The translations under genes and the position numbers were made by a program. A DNA stretch of 24,905 bases from an uncultured Oscillospiraceae bacterium (lineage in GTDB: Bacteria > Bacillota > Clostridia > Christensenellales > CAG-138). Of the stretch, positions 6,865 to 15,985 are shown one piece after another. The notes under the pieces were generated by a model. The model saw only the letters and a program-made list of their open reading frames with translations, searched no databases and was not told where the DNA came from. Numbering within the stretch: the first letter of the stretch is position 1; every line of letters begins with the position of its first letter. The DNA lies in contig CAZWUK010000029.1 of NCBI GenBank assembly GCA_964636685.1, forward strand, positions 1 to 24,905, read 5' to 3'.

Positions 6865-8135
6865 AGGCGGCGTTTTATACCCTCGGCTGCAAGGTGAACC
6901 ACTATGAGACTGAGGCGATGACGGAGCTGTTTCGGCAGGCGGACTGGGAGATCGTAGACTTTTCGGCACAGGCGGACGTCTATGTGGTCAACACCTGCAC
7001 CGTCACGCAGATCAGCGACAAAAAGTCACGGCAGATGCTCTCGCGCGCACATGCGGAAGCGCCGGACGCCTTAATCGTCGCGGTCGGGTGCTACGCACAG
7101 TCCGCATCAGAGACGGTGGAGCAGCTCCCCGGCGTGGGACTGGTGCTTGGCACGGACGGACGGCGAGAGATTGTCGAGCGCGTGGAAGAAGCGCTTCATG
7201 GGCGCACGGGCAGCCGCGTCACGGACATTCGGCAAACGCATACTTTTGAGGAGCTGACGCCGCACCGCGACGGCAGAACGCGCGCAACGCTGAAAATTCA
7301 GGACGGCTGCCGCAACTACTGCACCTATTGCATCATTCCCTATGCGCGCGGGCCGATTCGCTCGCGCTCCATGGAAAACATTGAACAAGAACTGCATACG
7401 CTGGCGCAAGAAGGCTACCGCGAGGTCGTTTTGACCGGCATCCATCTGGCAAGCTACGGGCTGGATACGGGAAATGGCGAGCTGCTGGACGTGATGCGGC
7501 TTGCAGACAGCATCGACGGGATCGACCGCGTGCGGCTTGGTTCGCTCGAACCGCGCTATGTGGACGAGCATTTTTGCGAGGCTGCCGCAGCGCTGCCGTC
7601 CCTGTGCCGCCAGTTTCACCTGTCGCTGCAAAGCGGATCGGACAGCGTGCTTTTGCGCATGAACCGCCGCTATACCACCGAAGAATACGAAAAAAGCGTC
7701 GCCTTGCTGCGACAGTATCTGCCCGACTGTGCGATCACGACCGATGTAATCGCCGGGTTTGTCGGGGAAACGGAGCAGGAGCACAACGAAACGCTTGCCT
7801 TTGTGGAAAAGATCGGCTTTTCGCGCATCCATGTGTTCCCGTACAGCCGCCGCAAGGGGACAAAGGCGGACGCGATGCCGGGACACTTGGAAAAGCGGGT
7901 CAAGGATGCGCGGGCAAAGGAGCTGATCGCGCTGGGTGAGCGGCTGGAGCTTGCGTTTGCGCAAAAGCAGCTTGGTACGATCGCCGAGGTGCTGCTCGAA
8001 ACGGACGGCACCGGCTACACCAAAAACTATGTACGCGTGCGCGCGCAGGGTCTGGAGGGCGACGTGGTGCGCATACGGTTGACAGAGATCGGAACAGACG
8101 GGATTTTAACGGGAAAGGAGTTGGAAAGAATATGA
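6861..8135 (+). CDS. mtaB: tRNA t6A37 methylthiotransferase MtaB (radical-SAM MiaB-like), 424 aa
   Basis: N-terminal MTTase domain (FYTLGCKVNHYETE), radical-SAM CxxxCxxC (CRNYCTYCIIPYARG), C-terminal TRAM-like region. Linked to prmA-rsmE as in B. subtilis yqeV. ATGA overlap with the rsmE stop. Confidence 0.85.
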   Translation: MKAAFYTLGCKVNHYETEAMTELFRQADWEIVDFSAQADVYVVNTCTVTQISDKKSRQMLSRAHAEAPDALIVAVGCYAQSASETVEQLPGVGLVLGTDGRREIVERVEEALHGRTGSRVTDIRQTHTFEELTPHRDGRTRATLKIQDGCRNYCTYCIIPYARGPIRSRSMENIEQELHTLAQEGYREVVLTGIHLASYGLDTGNGELLDVMRLADSIDGIDRVRLGSLEPRYVDEHFCEAAAALPSLCRQFHLSLQSGSDSVLLRMNRRYTTEEYEKSVALLRQYLPDCAITTDVIAGFVGETEQEHNETLAFVEKIGFSRIHVFPYSRRKGTKADAMPGHLEKRVKDARAKELIALGERLELAFAQKQLGTIAEVLLETDGTGYTKNYVRVRAQGLEGDVVRIRLTEIGTDGILTGKELERI

Positions 8136-8473
8136 GCTGTATTTTTTGCAAGATCGTGTCGGGCGAGATCCCGGCAAAAAAAGCCTATGAGGACGACACC
8201 GTACTGGCGTTTTACGATCTGGATCCGCAGGCGCCCGTGCATGTGCTCATCATCCCCAAGGAGCATATCGAGAGCGTGAACGCGCTCGAGGAGCAGCACA
8301 AGGCTGTGGTGTTTCACATGTTTCAGGTGGCAAAGCAGCTGGCCAAAACGCTCAACATCGCCGAGAGCGGTTATCGGCTTGTGGAGAACACGGGACGTGA
8401 CGGCGGACAGAGCGTTTTGCATCTGCACATGCACCTTTTGGGCGGCAGATCGCTTCAGTGGCCGCCGGGCTGA
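8132..8473 (+). CDS. HIT-family (histidine triad) nucleotide hydrolase, 113 aa
   Basis: Histidine triad HLHMHLL near the C-terminus and Hint-like N-terminus (CIFCKIVSGEIPA). AAAGGAG Shine-Dalgarno. ATGA overlap with mtaB. Confidence 0.88.
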   Translation: MSCIFCKIVSGEIPAKKAYEDDTVLAFYDLDPQAPVHVLIIPKEHIESVNALEEQHKAVVFHMFQVAKQLAKTLNIAESGYRLVENTGRDGGQSVLHLHMHLLGGRSLQWPPG

Positions 8474-8490
8474 CGGAGAGAACAACGTTA

Positions 8491-8537
8491 AAACGGACTG
8501 CTCCGAGCAAAGTGCTGTGAGACAGTCCGTTTTTTTA
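8491..8537. terminator. rho-independent terminator between convergent HIT and DUF368 genes
   Basis: AAACGGACTG (8491-8500), 22-nt loop, CAGTCCGTTT (8523-8532), then TTTTTTT. On the minus strand only UUUU follows the stem. Confidence 0.7.
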
Positions 8538-8551
8538 TGCGCTCTCTTGGG

Positions 8552-9499
8552 TCATGCCTGCGGTTTTTTGTCCGTTTGGGCAGGCGTGAAGCGGCAGCTT
8601 AAACGATCCAGATAGAATGTGGCAAAAAAGCCAGCCGCCGCGAGAAAGATGGAAAGAAGCAGCTCGACCGTGCCGGAGAATTTTAACGGGATGATGGGGA
8701 TGGTGGACGCGATTACAAACCCGATCACACAGTGGAACATGACGCCGTAGTGCTTTTGAAACAGGCTGTTGACTGCGCGCGCCAGCAAGAGCACCGTGGC
8801 AAGGATGCCAATGAGAAACGGGATCACGACCGCGGGGTCGAGCCTTGACAGACCCTCCGACATCGGATAATACAGTCCAAGGAACAGGAGAAGCGACGAG
8901 GAGCTCATGCCGGGGACGATGAGACTGATGCCCCAGAGCACGCCGCAGAACAGAAACCAGCCAACAGAGGGCGCGGGCTGTACGATGGAGCCATTTTGTA
9001 AAAACAGGAACATCGACAGCAGCGCGGCAGTGCTGACGGCAAGCGCGATCCAGCAGCTCTTGGTACGCCCTTCCTTACCGCCCTCCCGGAACAGCGAGGG
9101 GAACATGCCGAGGATCAGCCCGATGAAAACGCTTGTCACAAGGGTCGCGTTCTTGGTCGCAAGCGCCGAGATGAGTCCGGCAAGCCCTAAAAAGCCGAGC
9201 GCCCAGCCGAGAACGACCGGAATAAAGAGCTGATAGTACTTGGGAATGCTTTTGATCGGGTGCGAGAGCAGCTCCATCATGGGCTTGTAGATGCCAAACG
9301 CCACAAGGAGCACGCCGCCGCTGATGCCGGGGAGGATTGCGCCTACGCCGATAATCACGCCCTCGATGAGCAGGACGAGCCAGCGCCCGATGCTTTTCGG
9401 CGCGTAGTTTTTCTTTGCCGTGGATTCTGTTGAAACGGAGGCCGGAACCGCAGCTTCGATGCGCTCCGCGTCCTTGGGGTCCGGTTTGCAAGCTTCCAT
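8552..9499 (-). CDS. DUF368-family polytopic membrane protein (family recently assigned as undecaprenyl-phosphate translocase, PopT-like), 316 aa from ATG
   Basis: Duplicated signature PGISGGV...PGMSSSS with more than 8 predicted transmembrane helices. Preferred start is ATG 9497-9499 (GGGAG 8 nt upstream). The ORF track extends to a TTG at 9608-9610 (37 more residues) that has no Shine-Dalgarno. Even from ATG there are about 50 hydrophilic residues before the first helix. Confidence 0.7.
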   Translation of the reverse strand: MEACKPDPKDAERIEAAVPASVSTESTAKKNYAPKSIGRWLVLLIEGVIIGVGAILPGISGGVLLVAFGIYKPMMELLSHPIKSIPKYYQLFIPVVLGWALGFLGLAGLISALATKNATLVTSVFIGLILGMFPSLFREGGKEGRTKSCWIALAVSTAALLSMFLFLQNGSIVQPAPSVGWFLFCGVLWGISLIVPGMSSSSLLLFLGLYYPMSEGLSRLDPAVVIPFLIGILATVLLLARAVNSLFQKHYGVMFHCVIGFVIASTIPIIPLKFSGTVELLLSIFLAAAGFFATFYLDRLSCRFTPAQTDKKPQA

Positions 9500-9680
9500 G
9501 TTTTGATCTCCCGTATGAAGCGGTGTCGGATCGCTGTAAAGACCGCCGTTTTTTTCTACGTGCGATCCGAACGCTTTTCCTTTGTTATTGCTATGATAGT
9601 TCGTATCCAATGTAGAGAATAGCGATAGTATACTTGATTTTGCCCGAAAAAGATAGAGCCAGTTGGCGGGATGCCCCGGC

Positions 9681-10382
9681 TTATGGCGCAGATTGCTCCT
9701 TTCGGATCAGAAGCGGGCAAAATGAGAGGTAATCCGCGGCGGCAAAATGATAGCGGACGCCGTGATGCACGCCGGAAAAGGCGCTGTGATGCGCCGGGCC
9801 GTGCAGATGCCCGTAAACAACGTCACAAACGCCGTATTCTTCGAGCAGGAGCGTAAACGGCGTGTCGGCAAGCTTATCGTCGAGCGGCGGGTAATGCAGC
9901 ATCACGAGCTTCTCACAGCCCTCCGGCATGGCGGCGAGCGACAGCCGCAGCCGTCCGAGCTCGCGTTCGTAGATCTTGCGGTCGTCCTGAGAAAAGGCGG
10001 CGCTGTTGGGACTTGTCCAGCCGCGCGTACCGCCGATGGCGACATTGCCGCGCAAAACGGCGTTATTCTGAATTGCGCCGATGCTGTCCGGCAGCAGCTG
10101 CTTGACCTTGGTATAGGAGCTCCACCAGTAATCGTGATTACCGCGCAAAAGCAGCTTCTTTCCCGGCAGCGCGTCAAGAAACGCGAGATCCTCCTTGGCG
10201 TCCTCCAGCTGCATCGCCCAGCTGATGTCGCCGGGGATCAAAACGAGATCGCCGTCCGCGACCGTTTTTTTCCAGCAAGCCTCAAGGCGGCGCGTATGAT
10301 CCTCCCACGCGCTGCCGAATATCTCCATGGGCTTTTCCACGGTGTGCGAAAGATGTACGTCTGCGATGGCGTAAATGGACAT
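9681..10382 (-). CDS. calcineurin-like metallophosphoesterase, 233 aa
   Basis: Motifs DVH, GDIS, GNHDYWW, and a later GHLHG. Start ATG 10380-10382 with GGAGGAAG Shine-Dalgarno. The listed ORF continues 24 codons upstream through the terminator. Confidence 0.8.
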   Translation of the reverse strand: MSIYAIADVHLSHTVEKPMEIFGSAWEDHTRRLEACWKKTVADGDLVLIPGDISWAMQLEDAKEDLAFLDALPGKKLLLRGNHDYWWSSYTKVKQLLPDSIGAIQNNAVLRGNVAIGGTRGWTSPNSAAFSQDDRKIYERELGRLRLSLAAMPEGCEKLVMLHYPPLDDKLADTPFTLLLEEYGVCDVVYGHLHGPAHHSAFSGVHHGVRYHFAAADYLSFCPLLIRKEQSAP

Positions 10383-10412
10383 GCTTCCTCCTGCTCTTGT
10401 GCGGAAGGAGGA

Positions 10413-10445
10413 TAAAAAAGCCGGCGGCTCAGCGTCGGCTTTTGC
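10413..10445 (-). terminator. probable terminator after the zinc-ribbon gene (symmetric)
   Basis: AAAAAAGCCGGCG-GCTCAG-CGTCGGCTTTTG: a 7-bp stem with one wobble or mismatch, flanked by A-run and T-run. Confidence 0.5.
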
Positions 10446-10450
10446 AAAGA

Positions 10451-10765
10451 TCACTCTTCTTCGTCCTCTTCCTCGTCTTCGTCCTCAACGAGGTCAAGCT
10501 CTAGATCCAGCTCCTCGTCGTCGCCGGCCTCCGGGACATTTGCGGCGTTTTCAAGATCGACCTGCCGCTTATGCTCCTTGTAGCATTCCGCGCAAAGCCC
10601 GTTGCGGTACACGGGTTCTTCACCGCATTCCGAACAGAGCCGCGGCTCGCCGGTCTTCTTTTCGTGAACGGTAACGCGCTTCATGGCGCGGGCGCATACG
10701 TCACAATACTGCTGCCCTTCGCGGATATAGTTCAATTCGCATTTGGGGCATTTATGCAAAGCCAT
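10451..10765 (-). CDS. small double zinc-ribbon protein with polyacidic C-terminal tail, 104 aa, function unknown
   Basis: Four CxxC pairs (CPKC...CDVC, CSEC...CAEC) and C-terminus DDEELDLELDLVEDEDEEEDEEE. Start ATG 10763-10765 (MALHKCPKC) with AAGGAGAA Shine-Dalgarno. Confidence 0.7.
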   Translation of the reverse strand: MALHKCPKCELNYIREGQQYCDVCARAMKRVTVHEKKTGEPRLCSECGEEPVYRNGLCAECYKEHKRQVDLENAANVPEAGDDEELDLELDLVEDEDEEEDEEE

Positions 10766-10806
10766 AGGGATGGTTCTCCTTACCAAAGAAATAGACTTCG
10801 GTGCAT

Positions 10807-10835
10807 ATTATGCGGAAAACAAACCGACATGTCAA
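10807..10835 (-). promoter_or_regulatory. strong sigma-A promoter for the zinc-ribbon gene
   Basis: Minus strand TTGACA - 17 nt - CATAAT. The -35 hexamer overlaps the engB stop codon. Confidence 0.65.
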
Positions 10836-11440
10836 GCCCTTTCTGTGTTTTGGCGATCCTGAAGAATTTGTCCCATGCGTTCGAGCAGTTCCGCCTTGCC
10901 TTCTCCCGTCTCGGAGGAGAAGCAAATGGCGGCGGGCGGCGCGCCGAGCGCCTTGGCGGCGGCGTTTGCCAAAAGCTTGCGCTGCGACCTTGTGACCTTG
11001 TCGGACTTGGTGGCGACAAGCGTAAAGGGGATGCCGTAATACAGCACGTATTGGAACATCTGCCGGTCGTCCTCGGTCGGCGTATGGCGGATGTCGATGA
11101 GCAAAAACAGGTGGTTGACGCGGCCGGACGAGAGATACGCCTCCATCAACTCGCCCCAGCCTTCCTGCTCCTTTTTGCTGGCCTTGGCAAAGCCGTAGCC
11201 CGGCAGATCCACAAGGTAAAAGAGCCGGTTGATGGTAAAGAAGTTAATCAGCCGCGTTTTCCCCGGCTGCTGGGAGGTTCTTGCGAGCTTTCCGTTGCCG
11301 GTCAGGCAGTTGATGAGGGAGCTTTTGCCCACATTGGACTTTCCGACAATGGCGATCTCGCAGAGCGTTTGCTGCGGATACGGGGTGGAAAGCCCGGCGC
11401 TTGTGGTAAACTCCGCCTGCTTAATGACGAATGGCTGCAT
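10832..11440 (-). CDS. engB: ribosome-biogenesis GTPase EngB/YsxC (YihA), 202 aa
   Basis: G1 motif GKSNVGKSSLIN, G3 motif DLPGYG, G4 motif TKSD. Its position immediately downstream of lon matches B. subtilis ysxC. Confidence 0.9.
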   Translation of the reverse strand: MQPFVIKQAEFTTSAGLSTPYPQQTLCEIAIVGKSNVGKSSLINCLTGNGKLARTSQQPGKTRLINFFTINRLFYLVDLPGYGFAKASKKEQEGWGELMEAYLSSGRVNHLFLLIDIRHTPTEDDRQMFQYVLYYGIPFTLVATKSDKVTRSQRKLLANAAAKALGAPPAAICFSSETGEGKAELLERMGQILQDRQNTERA

Positions 11441-13796
11441 GAATATCTTCCCTTTCGGTAACGTTGAGAACCGCCTCGCTCCATTTGGGGCAGCGGGTCA
11501 GCGCGTGCGACAACACGGTTTCCGCATCTGTGACAAACAGGATTTTCAGCGCATCCTTGACCCGTGCCGGCACGTCGAACAGGCTTTCACGGTTCTCCTC
11601 GGGCAGGATGACGGTGGTGACGCCGTGACGTACGGCGGCAAGCAGCTTTTCGCGCAGTCCGCCGATGGGCAGTACGCGCCCGCGCAGCGTGATCTCGCCC
11701 GTCATGGCGACGTCGCTGCGCACCGGGATGCCGGTCAGCGCCGAAACAAGCGCCGTGGCCATGGCAATGCCGGCAGACGGCCCATCCTTGGGCACCGCGC
11801 CCTCCGGCACATGAATGTGCAGGTCAAGCTTGTCAAACATCTCCGACTCAATGTCAAAATGCTCCGCGTTTGCCTTCACAAACGTCATGGCGGCGCGCGC
11901 GGATTCCTGCATGACGTCGCCAAGCTGACCGGTCAGTTGCAGATTGCCCTTGCCCGGTACGGCGGTGGCTTCGATTTCCAGCGTCTCTCCGCCGACGCTC
12001 GTCCACGCAAGCCCTGTGACGACGCCGACGAGCGGCGGGTGCTTTTCGCTGTCGCTGTAATACTTTTTCGGCCCCAGCCATTCGGTGATACGACCGGGCG
12101 TGAGCGTGAGCCTTCGGTGTCCTTCCACGACCTCACAGGCGGTCTTGCGGCAAACGGCGGCAATGACGCGCTCCAGCTCGCGCACGCCGGCCTCCCGGGT
12201 ATAGCCTTCCACAAGCGTCGAAAGCGATTCCTCGGGGATGCGCAGGTGCGTCTTTTTGAGCCCGTGCTTTTCCATCTGCCGCGGGATCAGGTGCCGGCGG
12301 GAGATCTCAAGCTTCTCATCAAACAGATAGCTCGGCACCTCGATGACCTCCATGCGATCAAGCAGCGGCTTGGGGATGAGCGACGCGTCGTTTGCCGTGG
12401 TGAGCAGCATGCAGCGCGACAGATCGTACGGAAGCTCCAGAAAGTGATCCACAAACGAGTTGTTCTGCGCGCTGTCGAGCACCTCCAGCATCGCGGAGGC
12501 AGGGTCGCCGCGCATATCGCTCGAGAGCTTGTCAATCTCGTCAAACAGCAGCAGAGGATTGACCGTGCCGGCTTTTTTCATGCTGTCGATGATGCGCCCC
12601 GGCTCCGCGCCGATATAGGTGCGCCGGTGTCCGCGGATCTCGGCCTCGTCGTGTACGCCGCCGAGGCTCATGCGCACAAAATGACGGCCGGTCGCTTCGG
12701 CAATGGCCTTTGCGATTGAGGTCTTGCCCACGCCCGGCGGGCCGACGAGACAGAGGATCTGTCCTTGCGGATTGTTGGTGAGCCTTTCTACGGCAAGGCT
12801 CTCGATGATGCGTTCCTTCACGCGCTCCATGCCGTAATGATCCCGGTCGAGCACCGCGCGCGCATGGGCAAGATCGAGGTTTTCCTCGGAGGTTTCTACC
12901 CACGGCAGATCCAGAATACACTCGATGTAGCTCTGCGCCATGGGCTGCTCATGCGAACCCATGGGGAGCTGCTCATAGCGGTTCAGCTGCTTTTCGAGCG
13001 CGGTTCGCACTTCGTCGGGCAGCTGCTTTTTTGCTGCGCGGGCGCGGTAACCGGAGAGCTCGTCGTCTTCACCGACGCCCAACTCCTCCTTGACGGCCTT
13101 GAGCTGCTCACGCAGAACAAATTCCTTTTGGTTTTGCTCCATCGCGCCCTTGATCTTCTCGGAGATGCGGCGGTCGATCGCCATGACCTCCAGCTCCTTT
13201 GCGATGAGGGCCAGCAGATACATGGCGCGCTTTTCCGCGTCAAATTCCTCCAAGAGCGCCTGCTTGTCGGAAAGCTGCGTCGCCACATGCTGCGATATCG
13301 CATCGACAAAGGCGGAGAATTCCGGCGTTTGCAGCACGTTTTCGCGCTGATCGACGGTCAGCTTATCGCGGGAAGCGGCGTGCTGCCGAAAAGCGTCGGA
13401 CAGGCGGCGGCGCAGCGCTTCCTCTGTGACGGCGTCCGGCTCGGTCTCCACGGGATAGACGACATTCGCGGCAAAATATGGCGTATCGGAAACATATTCC
13501 CCGATCATTGCCCGGGAAACGCCAGTAACCAGAAGATGCACGGTTTCATTTTGGATACGAAACACCTGCCGGATGCGGCATACGGTGCCGACGCGAAAGA
13601 TGTCCTCGCTTGTAATCTCCACCTGCTTGGCGTTCTGCTGCGCCGAAAACAGGGCAAGCCCGTCTCCGGAAAGCGCGTATTCCATTGCGGCGAGCGATTT
13701 TTTGCGGCCGATATCACAATGAATGATCTCTCCCGGCAGAACGGCGACGCCTCGCAGCGGGATGACCGGTAAAAAGTCTTTCTTTTGATTTTCCAT
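11421..13796 (-). CDS. lon: ATP-dependent Lon protease, 791 aa
   Basis: Lon N-domain, AAA+ Walker [10 protein letters not shown], proteolytic domain [11 protein letters not shown] with the catalytic Ser. Start ATG 13794-13796 (MENQKKDF) with AAGGAG Shine-Dalgarno. The ORF track adds 17 codons upstream. The 3' end overlaps the engB start by 20 nt. Confidence 0.92.
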   Translation of the reverse strand: MENQKKDFLPVIPLRGVAVLPGEIIHCDIGRKKSLAAMEYALSGDGLALFSAQQNAKQVEITSEDIFRVGTVCRIRQVFRIQNETVHLLVTGVSRAMIGEYVSDTPYFAANVVYPVETEPDAVTEEALRRRLSDAFRQHAASRDKLTVDQRENVLQTPEFSAFVDAISQHVATQLSDKQALLEEFDAEKRAMYLLALIAKELEVMAIDRRISEKIKGAMEQNQKEFVLREQLKAVKEELGVGEDDELSGYRARAAKKQLPDEVRTALEKQLNRYEQLPMGSHEQPMAQSYIECILDLPWVETSEENLDLAHARAVLDRDHYGMERVKERIIESLAVERLTNNPQGQILCLVGPPGVGKTSIAKAIAEATGRHFVRMSLGGVHDEAEIRGHRRTYIGAEPGRIIDSMKKAGTVNPLLLFDEIDKLSSDMRGDPASAMLEVLDSAQNNSFVDHFLELPYDLSRCMLLTTANDASLIPKPLLDRMEVIEVPSYLFDEKLEISRRHLIPRQMEKHGLKKTHLRIPEESLSTLVEGYTREAGVRELERVIAAVCRKTACEVVEGHRRLTLTPGRITEWLGPKKYYSDSEKHPPLVGVVTGLAWTSVGGETLEIEATAVPGKGNLQLTGQLGDVMQESARAAMTFVKANAEHFDIESEMFDKLDLHIHVPEGAVPKDGPSAGIAMATALVSALTGIPVRSDVAMTGEITLRGRVLPIGGLREKLLAAVRHGVTTVILPEENRESLFDVPARVKDALKILFVTDAETVLSHALTRCPKWSEAVLNVTEREDIHAAIRH

Positions 13797-13847
13797 GGTT
13801 GTACTCCTTTGGCGAAATCGGTGTTCGCCCCCAGTATTTCTTACCAA

Positions 13848-13876
13848 GTATATCGAAGATTGTCAGATAGTGCAAT
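13848..13876 (-). promoter_or_regulatory. putative sigma-A promoter for lon
   Basis: Minus strand TTGCAC - 17 nt - TATACT. Located between the clpX terminator and the lon Shine-Dalgarno. Confidence 0.45.
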
Positions 13877-14027
13877 CGGTGCAGGGTGTCGAGAATTTGA
13901 CGTCGGCGTAAACTTCCTGTGCAAGCGCGGGGGAAAGCACGTTGGCTGGGCGCGAACAGCGCCTTGCCTCCTCCTGCCCGAAGCTTGTAAATTTCAGAAA
14001 ACCATTTGTCTCCGGGTATGGTGAGCG

Positions 14028-14059
14028 ACAAAAAAATGACCGCCCCGAGCGGGACGGCC
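14028..14059 (-). terminator. rho-independent terminator after clpX
   Basis: Minus strand GGCCGUCCCGCUCGGGGCGGUC followed by AUUUUUUU. Confidence 0.7.
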
Positions 14060-14081
14060 ATTGATTGGAGCAATGCTTTTG

Positions 14082-15374
14082 CTATGCGGTTTGTTTGGGC
14101 TTCTTCGGGCTTTTTGCTTTGGGCGCGGCGGCAGCTTCGCCTTCGATCAGCCCGTGTACCAGCGTGGGAGGCTCTACCTTTTCGATGGTGTTCTCCGTGA
14201 TGCGGCAGCTGGTGATATCCTTCTGGGACGGGATGTCGAACATGATGTCGAGCATGACGTCCTCCAGAATCGCGCGCAGACCGCGCGCGCCGGTTTTGCG
14301 GGCGATGGCCTTCTTGGCGACGGCGCGGAGCGCCTCATCGTCAAACGTCAGGTCAACCCCGTCCATCTCAAACAGGCGCTTGTACTGCCGCGTGAGCGCG
14401 TTTTTTGGCTCGGTGAGAATGCGCACCAGCGCGTTTTCATCCAGGTTTTCCAGCGTCACGATGATGGGCATACGACCCACAAACTCCGGAATCAGGCCGA
14501 ATTTCAACAGATCCTCGGGGAGGATGTTTTTGAGCACCTGCCCGATGTCCTTTTCCTCGTTGGACGGAATATCCGCGCCAAAGCCCATGATCTTCTGCCC
14601 GATGCGCTTTTCGATGATCTTGTCGATCCCCGAGAACGCGCCGCCGCAGATGAAGAGGATATTGGTCGTATCGATCTGGATGAATTCCTGATGCGGATGC
14701 TTGCGGCCGCCCTGCGGCGGAACGGAGGCGACGGTGCCCTCCAGAATCTTCAGCAGCGCCTGCTGCACGCCCTCGCCGGAAACGTCGCGCGTGATGGAGA
14801 CGTTCTCGCTCTTTCTGGCAATCTTGTCGATCTCGTCGATGTAGATGATGCCCTTTTCGGCCTTTTCCACGTCGTAGTCGGCGGACTGGATGAGCTTGAG
14901 CAGGATGTTTTCCACATCCTCGCCCACATAGCCAGCCTCTGTCAGGCTCGTGGCGTCCGCCATGGCAAACGGCACGTTCAGGATCTTGGCAAGCGTCTGG
15001 GCAAGCATCGTCTTGCCGCAGCCCGTTGGCCCCAGCATGACGATATTGCTCTTTTGCAGCTCAACGTCGTCCTTTTTCTCGCCGGCGTTGATACGCTTGT
15101 AATGGTTATATACCGCCACTGCCAGCGCTTTTTTGGCGTCATGCTGCCCGATGACATACTCGTCGAGTATGTCCAGGATTTCCTGCGGCTTGGGAATGTC
15201 GGTCAGATCCATCTCAGGGGAGGAAAAGTCCTCATCGATGATCTCGCGGCACAGATCCACGCATTCGTTGCAGATGTATACGCCGGGGCCGGCGATGATT
15301 CGATGCACCTCGTCCTGCGCTTTGCCGCAGAAGGTGCAGCGGATGTTTGCGGATTTATCTTCGTTTTTTGGCAT
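14082..15374 (-). CDS. clpX: ATP-dependent Clp protease ATP-binding subunit ClpX, 430 aa
   Basis: N-terminal zinc-binding domain CTFCGK...CNEC, Walker A GPTGCGKT, the GYVG pore loop and a IGF-like ClpP-docking loop. Confidence 0.95.
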   Translation of the reverse strand: MPKNEDKSANIRCTFCGKAQDEVHRIIAGPGVYICNECVDLCREIIDEDFSSPEMDLTDIPKPQEILDILDEYVIGQHDAKKALAVAVYNHYKRINAGEKKDDVELQKSNIVMLGPTGCGKTMLAQTLAKILNVPFAMADATSLTEAGYVGEDVENILLKLIQSADYDVEKAEKGIIYIDEIDKIARKSENVSITRDVSGEGVQQALLKILEGTVASVPPQGGRKHPHQEFIQIDTTNILFICGGAFSGIDKIIEKRIGQKIMGFGADIPSNEEKDIGQVLKNILPEDLLKFGLIPEFVGRMPIIVTLENLDENALVRILTEPKNALTRQYKRLFEMDGVDLTFDDEALRAVAKKAIARKTGARGLRAILEDVMLDIMFDIPSQKDITSCRITENTIEKVEPPTLVHGLIEGEAAAAPKAKSPKKPKQTA

Positions 15375-15385
15375 GGTTCACCTCA

Positions 15386-15970
15386 TTATCTTCTCGGGGG
15401 AATGACCTCGTCGATGATGCCGTACACCTTGGCATTTTCCGCTGTCATGAAATTGTCGCGCTCGGTATCGGCAGTGACCTTTTCCAGGGGCTGACCGGTA
15501 CGCTCGGACAGGATCTCATTGAGGCGTTTTTTGATCCGGAGGATCTGCTCTGCGTGGATGCTGATATCCGTCGCCTGCCCCTGCGCGCCGCCGGAGGGCT
15601 GATGGATCATGATCTCGGCGTTGGGCAGGGCTTTGCGTTTGCCCTTTGCGCCCGCCGCCAGCAGGAAGGCGCCCATAGAGGCCGCCAGCCCGATGCAGAT
15701 GGTCGATACGTCGCACTTGATGTACTGCATCGTATCGAATATGGCAAGACCCGCCGTAACGGAGCCGCCGGGGCTGTTGATGTACAGATTGATATCCTTG
15801 TCGGGGTCTTCTCCTTCAAGGAAGAGCATCTGGGCGACGACCAGGTTTGCCGTGTCGTCGTCCACTTCGCCGCCCAGGATGATGATGCGATCCTTGAGCA
15901 AACGGGAATAGATGTCGTAGGAACGTTCACCGTGACTGGTCTGTTCCACGACCATAGGTACCAGATTCAT
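15386..15970 (-). CDS. clpP: ATP-dependent Clp protease proteolytic subunit ClpP, 194 aa
   Basis: Region around the catalytic Ser ([11 protein letters not shown]) and the conserved MIHQP His. GGAGG Shine-Dalgarno. Only 11 nt before clpX. Confidence 0.95.
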   Translation of the reverse strand: MNLVPMVVEQTSHGERSYDIYSRLLKDRIIILGGEVDDDTANLVVAQMLFLEGEDPDKDINLYINSPGGSVTAGLAIFDTMQYIKCDVSTICIGLAASMGAFLLAAGAKGKRKALPNAEIMIHQPSGGAQGQATDISIHAEQILRIKKRLNEILSERTGQPLEKVTADTERDNFMTAENAKVYGIIDEVIPPRR

Positions 15971-15985
15971 GCGGCGCCTCCTTTA

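Noticed and set aside
9608-9610. TTG start extending the DUF368 protein by 37 residues; the ORF track's M is a TTG. The ORF track generally allows TTG starts; 2659 is another example.
   Set aside because: No Shine-Dalgarno precedes it, whereas the internal ATG at 9497-9499 has GGGAG at the correct spacing. It is kept only as an alternative in the feature note.
13797-14081. Looked for CtsR boxes (GGTCAAA direct repeat) or a CIRCE element (TTAGCACTC-N9-GAGTGCTAA) upstream of lon and clpP/tig.
   Set aside because: Only a single GTCAAAT half-site occurs, at about 13889. There is no tandem repeat and no CIRCE-like inverted repeat, so no heat-shock operator is claimed.
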